DNA from: Podospora anserina
Lineage: Eukaryota
Direction: 5' to 3'
Assembly (NCBI GenBank): GCA_017654855.1
Contig: CM030335.1
Coordinates: 3,100,001-3,164,000 of the forward strand
Length of the DNA: 64,000 nucleotides
Shown: one piece after another, positions 13,232 through 26,000 of the stretch
Numbering within the stretch: the stretch's first letter is position 1
How the letters are laid out: each line of letters opens with the position of its first letter
Made by a program: the position numbers and the translations under genes
The notes under the pieces: generated by a model
Told to the model about the DNA's origin: nothing
What the model saw: the letters and a program-made list of their open reading frames with translations, nothing else
Database searches by the model: none

Positions 13232-14656
13232 CTAGCGAGCAGCTAGCCTCCTGACATAATTCATCGGCCACTCTGCGTATTTTTCGTACTCGACAGGCAG
13301 CCCGGCAGCAAGCTTCTCCATCCAAGCAATGCAGGTTCTTTTTCGATAGGCAAAACGCCCACCTTTGTTGCACGTAGTGAGAGCAATGTGCCCGATGGCA
13401 AACTCGATGAGAACAAAGTGGATGAAGAGCAGTTGGGCTGGATGGTTGTTGGGGTCGATAAAGGGGGCGAACTCTTCATTGCTGGAGTGGTTGAATAAGG
13501 AATACAGGGCGGCAAACTGAGAAAAGGCTGTATAGGTAGCAAGTCAGCATTTGATCTCTCCCAGAAAGACCGGACTGGTACTGACCTTCTGACGCCGACG
13601 TCCTGGCAGCTTTTGCAATTGCCTCTGTTGAAGCCAAGAACTTGACCTCCAACGGGCTCTTACACAGAGGTCCGAGTGCCCTCAGAGACTTCAAAAAGTC
13701 ACCAATGAGAATCTCCTCATCCTCGCTCAAATCCAAAGGAACGATCCCAATGACTCGTCGAACGCTATCACAGTACCCTTCCTGTGTAAACTCACGGAAC
13801 AACGAGTTCTTCATGCTGCCCATAGCGGTATTTGCAATAATATGACACCCCCTAGACATGGCGAGAAACTCAGGCATACCCTCAGCCATACAGCTCGCTT
13901 GAAACGCCAAAGCCATCATAGCAGCAAACCTCGCATCCCCCTCAGCCTGTGAAGAGCAAGGCTTACTCAAACTGTCGTTAAGAGACTGTATCGCCTTGAC
14001 ACGGTGAGCCAGCGCTTGCGAAGAGCAATTCCCCCCATGCAAATCAAGATGTGACGCCGCCAGCCCAAGCATGGCATGCATAAGATAATCATACTGGTGC
14101 CCAGTCAGCGTAAGATACTCCCGAGGGTTCTCCAAGTTTGAGAGCTTACGCTATGCGACAAACACGCCGTCTGCATCCAAATCTGATCCCCCTGTATCGG
14201 CAAAGGCGGGTACGCAGTCACCAAAAAGTGATGAAAGTACCTCATATCCTCCTGCGTAAACACCGTAGCCGTCGATGACTGCAAGCTGTTCGTTGGGACC
14301 ACCGTCATCACCGAAGCCGAAAACGCCGACGCCATTCTCGGCCGCTCAGGGTACTCACACACCAGTCCGACCCTCGCGCAGTTCGAGCAGGAGGGGATCG
14401 TCTCCTGGCATTTGACCTTTCGCCTCTTGCAGTGGAAGCAACCCAGCCGGGACTTTGTGTGTCCCTTTCGCGGGATTGGCTTTCGGCGGGCTCGGGTTCC
14501 TGGTTCTTTGGTGTGGGGTGTGCCGGTATGTGGGGTTGATACCGGTGCTGTCTCTGGCCCGGATGAGTCTTTTGCTGATTCGGGGACACCTCCAGGGGAA
14601 CATGTCGAGCAGGGAACCCAGTGGTCAGAGATTGGTGATGGGTGGTGGTCGTCCAT
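13232..14656 (-). CDS. Zn(II)2Cys6 transcription factor, Upc2/Ecm22-like architecture (introns 14094-14149 and ~13529-13586)
   Basis: RKGHTKSRLGCFHCKRRKVKCQETIPSCSNCARVGLVCEYP Zn cluster; DMRYFHHF and YLMHAMLGLAASHL middle region; spliced frame ends ...WPMNYVRRLAAR*. The start codon is a best guess. Confidence 0.88.
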
Positions 14657-15170
14657 CCTTGTTTGATGATGCACAAGTGGCTCTTCGTCAAGGGTATATT
14701 CTCAAATTCTTTACATAAAAAGGGTGTTATAAAAAGTCGGCCTTGGACATTCTCCCCTTCTGATGATGCGGCTGGGGTTGTCGTGGACTCGACGCTCTTC
14801 AAGGGTTTGGTCAGCACGACCACATTAAAGGGATGGGGCCGAATGACGCGTGTTTTGGGCTGTGTAAAACTAGAGGAAGTGCCATACGCCACCGAACATT
14901 ATCAAATCCAGGGGCTGTGCAGAAAGATAAGTACGAATACTTCCACTTGCTTGCGCGTTGTTGGACGTTGGCGCTGATGGAAGGTAAGCAAGGGTTAGGG
15001 TTGCGATGGCAGGCTGAGAGAAGATGACGATGTATAAGGTGCCGTGAGTTTAAGCTGAGATGATTTAATAGATGATTTAATTAGAATCATGGGATATGAC
15101 TTGTAGATGCTCAGATAAAGCTGGGATCAGATGGTCCAGAAGCTCGGACACTAAGCTCTGGCGTTGTAGG

Positions 15171-15406
15171 TACCCTCGCCACAAAATAGTTTGACACACA
15201 AAAGTAGGTTAACCCATATTATACTATGAACTATACTTTGAAAGTAAATTAATAGGCCTTTAAACGATCTTTTAAAGCCTAGTAACTATCGTTAAAGGCC
15301 TACAAATTATCTTTAAAAGCCTATAAACTATCTTTTAAAGGCCTATAGACTATCCTTCAAGGCATGTTAACCTACTTTAGTATCTCATTATTTTGTGGTA
15401 AGGGTG
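15171..15406. mobile_element. MITE copy 1 (236 bp), ~42-bp TIRs, internal 21-22-bp tandem repeats
   Basis: Ends (T/C)ACCCTCGCCACAAAATA...TATTTTGTGGTAAGGGTG; 5-bp TSD GTAGG at 15166-15170 and 15407-15411; second copy at 29590. Confidence 0.9.
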
Positions 15407-15658
15407 GTAGGATATAGCTCAACTCACATGGGAACTTTAACAGGCCCCCATGCACTCAACCTCACTCCCTCACAAGATTCCTGCCGGAAGGACGCCCTGG
15501 TAGAAACGCACAACACCATAAAAGCCTCAAGGGTAAGCTTTTCCCAGACCTAATCCAGTACTACAAACCTATTAAGAGCAATCAACATAGTCATTACAAC
15601 CCTCTCAGCATTGTAGGTATCTCAGCATGTCTAAGCTTTTATATGTACTCCGCCCATC

Positions 15659-17574
15659 TTAAAAGTCATCCTCCCCTGAGCCCGAGATGATAACATTGTT
15701 CACCTTGAGCACCATGCGGCACAGCTGTGTCGCCAACATGAGCTGCTGCTTCTTTCCAATCAATGGGTCAATAACAAACGCCTCCTTCATGTTGTTGGAC
15801 CCGCGGCCCATGCAGTCCACACCCAGACGGCCACGGCCAGATGGGTCCTTGACCTGTTGAGACTTGACCTCGGCAAGAGTGGCAATAGGGTTGAGACCGC
15901 TGTTCTCGGCAAGGGCCATGGGGATGGCATCAAGAGCCTCGGCGAAGGCGCGCATGGCGTATTGCTCGAGACCGGGGGTCTTGACAGCCTCGTCCTCAAC
16001 GGCCAGAGAGCATGCAATTTCGGCGGAACCACCACCATAGACAACGCGGTTGTCACGGACAAGGTTCCTTACGACGCAAAGGGCATCGTGGAGGGAGCGC
16101 TTGGCCTCATCGATAATCTATGGGAGTGTTAGTTGAAATCCGGTTCTCGGTAAAGATCTCTAGAGAATGTACATACCATCTTGTTGCTGCCCCTAACAAA
16201 GACTGTTACCGCACGAGTGTTGGCACACTCCTCGATAACAAGCATCTTTTCCCTTGTAGTGCCAAAGGTCATTTCTCTGACGATACCAGCGGTGCCAAGC
16301 TTCTCTGGCTTAAGGTCCTCGAATCTGGGAACAATACGGCCGTTTGTCGCAATGGCAATCAGCTCAATCTCTGGGCCACCAACCCATCTTACGGCGGGGA
16401 GCTCGTTCTGGAGGAGGAGATGGTTGGCCTCGTCGTCGAAACCCCACTGGCAAATGGCCAGATTGGCACCGGCATCCTTTATTTGTTGAATCATCTCGAC
16501 GAACTTCTCGCGCTCGTAGCTTTGCAGCTTCTTGAACTCCTCGACGCTGCTGATCTCCAACTTGTGCTTGGTCTTGGGCTTGGGGGGCTCGAACGCGCAC
16601 GTCAGAATGGCGATCTTGGCGTCCCGGACCTCGGAGGGCATCTGTGGGTGTGAGAAGTCCTTGTCGACAATAACACCCTTGACGAGGAGTGTGTCCTCAA
16701 GAGAGCCGCCGACCTTGCCGTCCATCTTGATCAGCTCAAAGTCGACATCCTTCCGTTCCAGATCCGCCACAGACAAGACCGCATCTACGGCGATCTTGGC
16801 AAACTGATCGTGAGCCTTGGAAACAATCTTGCTGCCCAAACTTGTTCTCGCAACCTTGGTCAGGTTCTCTGTGTTCTCCTTGTCAAACTCAATAACATCG
16901 GAAATTCTGTCGAGTTCCGCTACGGCAATGTCGCAGGCCTGATCGTAACCATCGGCGATGCGGATGGGGTGGATACCCTTGTCGATGAGCTCGGCGGCCT
17001 GTTCGAGGAGAGCACCGGCGAGGACGACAACACCAGTGGTGCCGTCACCGATTTCGTCGTCCTGGGACTTGGAAAGCTCCACAAGCAGCTTGGCTACGTG
17101 GTTTGTAATCTCCATCTGCTGCAGGATGGTCGCGCCATCGTTCGTTACTGTGATATCGCCGTCGGGGGAGATGAGGATCTTGTCGAGACCACGGGGGCCT
17201 AACGAGGTCTTGACGATGTTCGCAACGGTGCGGGCAGCGAGGATGTGGGACTTGACGGCTTCGTTGCCATACTGGCGCTTCTTCTTGCCCTGACTGAAAA
17301 GGGGTATTAGCGGGGCAACGTGGGGGAGGATGTGTTGGACTTGAAAGAATCGAGGGCGGTACTGACTCTCTGACTACAATGAAAGGCCGTCCCTGTTCAT
17401 CTTTCATCACCGCCGCTGTGGTATGCATCCGTCAGTAACGCGGTGACCGTACCCCGGGGAAGGTGTCGTCGCATACCGTTCGACAAGTCCAAATCTATAA
17501 GCCGGGTAGTTAGCACGCTGGGGTCTGCTTAGGAATAAAGCGGCAAGGGTGCTTCTGGACATACTCATCGCCAT
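15659..17574 (-). CDS. CCT5: T-complex protein 1 subunit epsilon (chaperonin CCT5), 5 exons including 2 micro-exons
   Basis: [70 protein letters not shown]. The 5' exons ATGGCGATGA and ATTTGGACTTGTCGAACG are bounded by GTATG..AG introns. Confidence 0.96.
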
Positions 17575-18257
17575 CTTGAAGGATTGTTTGTTTGTCTCTT
17601 GTAGGAAGATGCGCCAAGGTCAGGGTCGTGGTGGTGCTGGCTTCCGAGACGGTTTCCAGAGGTTGGTCAATAAACAGGGCTCCTGGGCTTGCTCCTCCAC
17701 CGCTAGGCAGCTTTCGCTATCGCCAGAGCTCAGACGCAATCTCAAAAAATTGACCCTCCCAGTTGGCGGCCACGGCAGAATCTAAGTCCGACTCAGCCCT
17801 GTGGTTGGCTGTCAACAGCCCGGCCCCTAGGAGCCCCACGATTTGGGTGTTCACCGCCTTTGGGCACTGTGCCTGTGATGGTGGGGTTAACCTGGCAAAA
17901 CGGCAGGACAACCCCGCCATCGACATCACTTGTCCCCATCACAGTCCAGAGAAGCTTCCAAGCAAGGTCAACGCCAAACCAATGCGCCTGGGCAGAACTC
18001 AAAAGACTTTAATTGAGAGGTTCACTTTCTTCAAGATCAGGGACTGTATTGGCGTCAATTCAGAGTTCTTCACACCGCAACAGAGTTTTTCACACCACAA
18101 CTCAAAATTCACACTCGCCACTCAAACAACTACTTAAACAGAGGACTCGCTCGCTCCAGCCTCAGATTTCTTTCACCCTAGACCAAGTCATCAACACCTG
18201 AACCGCACTTCCCACCAACACTAGCCAGATACACACAGATCTACACCAACCGACAAG

Positions 18258-20761
18258 ATGTCGCGTCACAGAGCTATCCGCAACTTGGACTATGAGGAGG
18301 TGCTGGATGAGTACGAGGTGGATCTACAGGAAGAGGAGGAGAATCGACTTCTTATGGAACAGGGCGTGGTCGATGTTCGCAGTGCCCTCGACACGGAGGC
18401 GTCAAAGGTCACCAAAGAGCAAATCGAGGAGGCTCTCTGGCACTACTATTTTGACGTTGACAAATCGGTGACATATCTGACCAACAAATTCATCAACCGC
18501 CCAGCACCAAAGGCACCGAAGCCCGCCACTCAGAAGCCCACTGGTAAGTACCTAACCCCTGCAACAGCTACAATTTCCTGCGAGTTTGAAGACTCGTCAG
18601 ACTGGGCCGAGAACAACCGACACGGACTGGGCGGCCGATGTTCATCACAGACGGGGTCTCGACAAGACGATGTGGGCTTCTGGGTGTCGGGATCATGCCC
18701 TTCATATCCCCTGCCCCAGGCATCCCTGCCTGCCCTCTTTCACGACATGCCTTGGGGAAACATCCCAAAGGATAGAGAAAGTGTCTTGATTCCGCCCGTG
18801 GTACCGCGATCGCGGTGTGGGCTTCTTGGAGGCACAGGAGCGGCGCCAAAGATGACCAAGCTCCAAGCACTGGCTGCAGCGAGGAAGAAGAAGGCTCAGG
18901 AGAAATCGTCGGAGCAAGAGGTGGAACAAACTCGAGCTCAGATGACGGGCCTTTCTGTCAATAGCAGTTCGACAGAGAAGGAAAACATGCCCTTGTCAGG
19001 TGCATTCAGCAAGCGTCTCAAGACCTCTTCGTCAACTGCACAGGGGCGTGTGCCTATCATTCCTACAGAGCCGAGATCAGAGTCTGAGCAGCAGAGCGCC
19101 AATCCCATCACAAAAGAACCAGAGGTGGTCGAAGAGCCTGCTCAGGCCCGGCCTGTCAAGAAAGCTCAACCTTCCGCCTTTGCCCAGACGCTTTTTAGCA
19201 GCCATACCCCCACCATCACCATCCGACAGGATGTGGTTACATTGGGACTCGCGCCGTCTGTCCTTGAAGCATTTTCGAAGCCCAGTCCGGATGACATCGT
19301 TCTCGCGGCTCAAGCGAAAGGTTCGCTTTCGACAAAGAGCGGGTGCTAACATTGATGCTGATAGTTGATACAGCCGGAAAGAAGCCCCCAGCCGGCCAGA
19401 GCAAAAAGTCAAAATCAAGCAATACAGATTCACTATCCAGTTCGGTCTCGGAGCTGAAGATCGACGATACCCCTCTTCCAAAAAGCCGAAACATCAACGT
19501 TCTCTCCGAGTTTGAGAAGAGCACCAAAAAGAAGAGTGCCAGTTTTGTTGTGGTTGGCCATGTCGATGCTGGCAAGAGCACCATGATGGGTCGGCTACTG
19601 CTTGACCTTGGTGTTGTTGACCAGCGTACTGTCGAGAAACTCCGAAAAGAAGCCCATACGATAGGCAAATCATCATTCGCTCTTGCTTGGGTTTTGGATC
19701 AGGGGTCAGAAGAGCGGACCCGCGGTGTCACCATTGATATTGCCACGAACCGATTCGAGACAGAGACGACAGCTTTCACCATCCTTGACGCCCCAGGACA
19801 CAGAGACTTCATCCCCAACATGATAGCTGGGGCCAGCCAGGCTGATTTTGCCGTTCTTGTTATCGACGCCAGCACGGGTGCCTTTGAGTCCGGGCTCAAG
19901 GGTCAAACCAAGGAACACTCTCTCCTACTTCGAAGCATGGGCGTGGCGCGCATTATTGTGGCCGTCAACAAGCTTGACATGGTGAATTGGTCACAGGAGA
20001 GATTTGACGAGATCAAGAACCAAGTCTCCGGATTCTTGTCAGCCACCGGCTTTCAAAAAATGAATATCGCCTTCGTACCAGTATCCGGCCTGCACGGTGA
20101 CAACATGGTCAAAAGATCCGAGAACCCTGCTGTTGGGTGGTACACTGGACCCACCCTCATCGAAGAGCTTGAGCGTTCGGAACCAAGTGCTCGAGCTACG
20201 AAGAAGCCTCTCAGAGTCAACATTTCCGAGGTTTTCCGCACACAGCAAAGTCAGGCCACAGTTTCTGGACGTGTTGACGCCGGATCTTTGCAAATGGGAG
20301 ACGCCGTTCTGGTCCAGCCGGCCACGGAGAAGGCCTTCATCAAGTCCATCCTTGTGGACGAGGCCCCGGCTGACTGGGCTGTCGCCGGACAGAGCGTGGT
20401 ATTACATCTCAGCCACATCGACCCAATGCATGTCAAATCTGGCGACATTATCTGCGACCCCAACAAGCCAATCCCCAAAGATAAGACGTTCACGTTGAAG
20501 GCGCTGGCGTTTGACTTTTTGATGCCGATGCAAGTGGATGTCCACCGGGGACGACTACACTCGGCAGGGAAGATTATCGCGATGCCTGCGCTGCTGGACA
20601 AGACCACCGGTGGGGTGAAGAAGAAGAATCCAAGGCTGGTGAAGCCAGGGGAGGTTGCCAGAGTGCGAGTGGAGTTGGACGATCAGGTGCCGCTGGAGGC
20701 TGGTCAGAGGGTGGTTTTGAGAAGTGGTGGGGAGACTATTGCTGCTGGTTTGCTGGAGTGA
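18258..20761 (+). CDS. HBS1: HBS1 translational GTPase (ribosome rescue), with an alternatively spliced SKI7-like internal segment
   Basis: HBS1_N domain (IEEALWHYYFDVDKSV); G motifs GHVDAGKS, RGVTID, DAPGH, NKLD, SGL. Donors at 18544 and 19321 are both phase 1 to acceptors at 19364/19373. Confidence 0.93.
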
Positions 20762-20884
20762 TTATCAAGATATCGATAGAGGGACAAGATCGGGATGCTA
20801 TAGGGGTTAATCAGTTTTCTTTTGTCAAGGCAAGCTATACCAGATATCTCTCGGGAATCTTTAGATAGGAGGGGCATGTAATTT

Positions 20885-21850
20885 TTTTTGAGCTTTTGTG
20901 AAACAATCTCCGAGCTTTTCATGGCTAGTATCTGAGCTTTTGTTAGACGGTATCTGAGTTTTTATTAGAATTATCTGAGCTTCTCAAGAAACCTGGAAGT
21001 TATCCCATACTTACAATCTCGCCATCTTTATACTGAGTGCGTTATACTACATAAGTATATTGCATTAAATAGAGGTAGGAAAGGTAAGGCCTTGTAGTGG
21101 GAGTGGAAGAGGCCCATAGACGTATGTAGGCTAAATACATAAGGTAGCTTTCGCTACACACCGCAATCTTCCAGGTTTAATGGATAGAAACCCAGGTGGC
21201 ACTCCATATATGAGGTGCAAAGCTGATGGATCAAAAAGAGAGATATCGAGGAGAGCTAGTATGAAGAATGATATGCCAGTCCTCCACCAGTGCCAGTCCA
21301 CTTGACAGCCTTCTCCCAAATCAATTATCTTGCACCTATCATTTGGAGTGCCACACTGGCTTCGTCTAAAATAAAGTCTCTGTCCATCAAATAGTCTCTA
21401 AGCTTTTATTAGACAATCTCTCAGTTCTAATTAGACACTATCTGAGTTTTTATCAGAGTATCCAAGTTTCATTAAATACTATCTACTTTATAAATTGTAT
21501 GTCTAGGCGTTTAGTAACAATGATTTTGAGCTTTTACTAGCCAGTCTTTGGACTTATGTTAGATATTATCTGAGCTTTCATTGGACAGCAGCTCAGTTTT
21601 CATTAGATAGTATGAGTGTGAGTGTAAGTGATTTTAAAAAAAACCCCGAAGCCAACGCAAGATAGGTACGCTGAACAGTGGCCCTGCCCACTGCAAGAAG
21701 GCGAAACAATTCGCCCGTCGGAGGTTGCCGGAGGTATCTAGAAATTGGCAGGAAGACATCTTACAACCTCAAAAGACTTCTTCACCTTAAAGATTAGTCC
21801 CCACGAGCGGAGATTATTAGACACTATCTCAGCTTTTCAAGAAAACTATC
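20885..21850. repeat. Degenerate 22-bp tandem repeat array in three blocks (consensus TATCTGAGCTTTTATTAGACAC)
   Basis: GAG cores at 20890, 20912, 20934, 20956, 20977; about 10 more units at ~21395-21615; 1-2 units at ~21813-21850. Confidence 0.75.
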
Positions 21851-22912
21851 CTATGCTTCGAGCTGAGCAACGTTGTATTTCCTGAGTACAGAGAGATGTC
21901 GTTGGAATTGGCATGCCGCCTCATCAATCAATCCAGCTTGGTGTTGATACAAGTGGGGCGTCTTGGCGCTACCAAAAGCGGGAGGCGGATAGCCGTAAGC
22001 CGTAACTTTGGGAAAAGGCCACTCTGGCACTTGAGCAGGCAGGGATTGGTGCCGATGAATGGTCCGTGAGTTGCCAATATGTGGGGTTATTGAAACTCCA
22101 GTGAACAGCTTGCAGTTCCATGCCCCAAGCTTCTGTTGGACGACAGAATCGTGTAGAAGCTTCAGGTGGACGTTGAGCAATGCAGTGTCGGAGCAACACT
22201 TGGGTGAAGTGAATAGACAGAGGCAAACATGGGATATGGACAGCATTGGAGGAGCACATGAATCAAGTAGGGGAAGTAGTTGAGGACAGAGAGAGACAGA
22301 TCTGGAATCAGCTAGCGTATTGGATGATCTTGCAAGTGCTGATGAGAGCTTCGGAGCTCTAGGCGCGCTTCAGGTGCAGTTGAATGGATGGCAAAAAAGG
22401 AACAATCGGGGGAGGCTCAAGTAACAGTGACTCGTGGGAGAATATCAAGCTGCGGGGTAATTGGTGGGAGCAGCTCAAGGCTGCAAGTCACCGCTACCTT
22501 TTGTTCCCATGGAAGGTTGCAATAGCGGGGGCAAACCAACCAAGTGAATCGATTGGGCAGGCCCTGCAAGGCCCGGAAGGCGGGCGCGGGCTGCTGGCGG
22601 CCAGTGCTAAAGTGTGAGGTGGCTAGAGCCCAGAATAAGGACAGATTTCCCAATTCACCACCAGAAAATTTAAGGATACAAGTCAGCTTCTGCTCTCTTC
22701 CTTCTTCCTCTTCCTCTCCCCAATCTCAACGATTGATCCACCACTCCGGTACATCAACGTCCTCTCTTACCTGGTCAGCTGGTAGGATTGGTATTTGACG
22801 ACAAGCCCATAGTTGGCATTCATCCTTTTTCCATACTCTTTGTCACACCTGCTAGCAGGAGAGCGAGAGGTTTTCTTTTCTTTACACGTCAGTCACACAC
22901 ACAGCCTTCGGC

Positions 22913-25207
22913 ATGGAACGTCGATCGCGGAGCTGGGCCCTCGGCCTCAGCATCATTGGGTTTTTCGCCCTTCTCTTCTCTGCTGGCTTTGTCCAGCAAG
23001 TAAAAGCGGACGATGTCTCGGAATATGGCACTGTTATCGGTATTGTATGTTCTACCCCTCCACAGCCCTCCTTGGTTTGCGGTCAGGACAATTGCTAACG
23101 AGCATTCTCTACAGGATCTGGGAACCACCTACTCGTAAGTTCTACACAAACGACGGCGTCGTCGATTTCTCGAACCACCCCGCCGCTGCTGCTCTGGTCT
23201 TTGGCGCAACTGCGAGCACTTGTGACACGGTGTCAACTTTGACAGATCGGCAGTGCGGGGTGTGGGGGAGCAAAAGCAGACTTGGGAAGCAGGAAGCTAA
23301 CTAGACCCTAGTTGCGTTGGTGTGATGCAGAAGGGCAAGGTCGAGATTCTCGTCAACGACCAAGGAAACCGTATTACCCCGTCTTATGTCGCCTTCACCG
23401 ATGAGGAGAGATTAGTCGGAGACGCCGCCAAGAACCAGGCTCCCGCCAACCCCTACAACACTATCTACGATATCAAGCGCCTCATCGGCCGCAAGTTCTC
23501 TGAGAAGGAGCTCCAGACTGATATCAAGCACTTCCCCTTCAAGTATGTACCCAATGACTTTTGAGTCGCTCCTGACAACCACTAACTTGCGTTTGCAGGG
23601 TCGTCTCCAAGAATGACAAGCCGGCCGTCACCGTCAAGGTCAATGGTGAGGACAAGACCTTCACCCCCGAGGAGATTTCCGCCATGGTTCTCGGCAAGAT
23701 GAAGGAGACTGCTGAGAGCTATCTCGGCAAGAAGGTCACCCACGCCGTTGTTACCGTTCCCGCCTACTTCAACGACAACCAGCGCCAGGCCACCAAGGAT
23801 GCCGGTATGATTGCCGGTCTCAACGTCCTTCGCATTGTCAACGAGCCCACCGCCGCTGCCATCGCTTACGGTCTTGATAAGACCGATGGCGAGCGCCAGA
23901 TCATTGTCTACGACTTGGGTGGTGGCACTTTCGATGTTTCCCTCCTCTCCATCGACCAGGGTGTCTTTGAGGTTTTGGCTACTGCCGGTGATACTCATCT
24001 TGGTGGTGAGGATTTCGACCAGCGTGTCATTAACCACTTCGCCAAGACCTTCAACAAAAAGCACGGTGTTGATGTCACCACTGACGCCAAGGCCATGGGT
24101 AAGCTCAAGCGTGAGGCCGAGAAGGCCAAGCGTACCCTTTCCAGCCAGATGTCCACCCGTATTGAAATCGAGTCCCTTTTCGGCGGCAAGGACTTCTCTG
24201 AGACCCTTACCCGCGCCAAGTTCGAGGAGCTCAACAACGACCTCTTCCGCAAGACTCTCGAGCCTGTGAAACAGGTTCTCAAGGACGCCAAGGTTGCCAA
24301 GGGCGAGGTCGATGACATCGTTCTTGTTGGTGGTTCTACCCGTATCCCCAAGGTCCAGGCCCTCATTGAGGAGTTCTTTGGTGGCAAGAAGGCTTCCAAG
24401 GGCATCAACCCCGATGAGGCCGTCGCTTTCGGCGCTGCTGTCCAGGCTGGTGTTCTTTCCGGTGAGGAGGGTACTGAGGAAATCGTTCTCATGGATGTCA
24501 ACCCTCTTACTCTCGGCATTGAGACCACTGGTGGTGTCATGACCAAGCTCATCACCCGCAACACCCCTATCCCTACCCGCAAGAGCCAGATCTTCTCCAC
24601 CGCCGCTGATAACCAGCCCGTGGTCTTGATCCAGGTTTACGAGGGTGAGCGTTCCATGACCAAGGACAACAACCTCCTCGGCAAGTTCGAGCTTACTGGC
24701 ATCCCCCCCGCTCCCCGTGGCGTTCCCCAAATCGAGGTCTCTTTCGAGCTCGACGCCAACGGAATTCTCAAGGTTTCCGCCCACGACAAGGGCACTGGCA
24801 AGGCCGAGTCCATCACCATCACCAACGACAAGGGCCGCCTTACCCAGGAGGAGATTGACCGCATGGTTGCCGAGGCTGAGAAGTACGCCGAGGAGGATAA
24901 GGCCACCCGTGAGCGCATTGAGGCTCGCAACGGTCTTGAGAATTACGCCTTCTCCCTGAAGAACCAGGTCAACGATGAGGAGGGTATGGGCAAGAAGATC
25001 TCAGAGGAGGACAAGGAGACCATCCTCGACGCCGTCAAGGAGACCCAGGACTGGCTTGAGGAGAATGCCGCCACTGCCTCCACCGAGGACTTCGAGGAGC
25101 AGAAGGAGAAGCTGTCTGGCGTTGCTTACCCCATCACCAGCAAGCTTTACAGCGCCGGTGGTGCCGGTGGCGAGGACGACGAGCCCGCTGGCCATGACGA
25201 GCTTTAA
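22913..25207 (+). CDS. KAR2: ER Hsp70 chaperone BiP (introns 23045-23114, 23135-23311, 23543-23598)
   Basis: Signal peptide; spliced [44 protein letters not shown]-terminal HDEL. Confidence 0.98.
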
Positions 25208-26000
25208 AGGAGTAACGTAGCATCATAGATTCCCCAATGTTTTTTCGCGTTTTTTTGATGGCTCGATGAAAAAAGAGAGAATCATCATCACATAATGAAG
25301 GTCCTCGAAGAGATGATGTGTCATATGTTTGTGGATGTGGTCTTTTGTGATTTTCGGGTTGGGTGAAATGGGTATATTCATCATGGTCATAGGAAGGAAG
25401 CAAGGATGGGCATATATTCTGTGATTGTCTGGTGTGTGTCGGTTGTAGTAGGTGGCGGGCGCATCGCGGGCTTTTGTAAAGTATGTATGAAGTATAAAGA
25501 AAAAGAACCTACTTGAAACATTTGAATGTCCCAAGATGATGATGTGAATGTTGTCTGCTGAATCTTGGTTGAATGGAAGTTGGCAATGTTCGATGGGATG
25601 TGCTACGATGTCATCAAAGAGCATGATGGAGGCTATTTGGAACCGGACGTCTGACATTCGTAATTGCAGGAAAGAACAGTGGTTGGCCATGGCTTTGATG
25701 CAGGTAGCATCGTGGTGATGATGTGACAGCCTCGAAGATATCAACCGTTGTCGCTGCGTCTTTGGGTGCATCCTCACCAACACCGGCATATCGCTGATCT
25801 ATCACTTAATCCACTCATCACTTGCCTCACTTCTTCATTTGATTGTGAACTCTTGAAGATTTGGGCCAATTTTGCCACAAAATAGAGGCTATGTGTTGGT
25901 TGGAGTGTGGTGGGTTGGGACTTGGGAGTGTTTGATGTGACAAGGTGGTTTGGGGATTGATCAATCATGATGGCTATGTTTGTGTAAAGTAAACAACACA

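Noticed and set aside
20885-21850. CRISPR-like array
   Set aside because: Repeats are head-to-tail and degenerate with no regular unique spacers; the context is eukaryotic and has no cas genes.
23582-24784. 400-aa minus-strand ORF
   Set aside because: Antisense shadow of KAR2, a well-known artefact opposite Hsp70 genes.
25715-25800. Possible C/D box snoRNA (GTGATGA...CTGA)
   Set aside because: No terminal stem or recognisable rRNA-complementary guide; such short boxes arise by chance.
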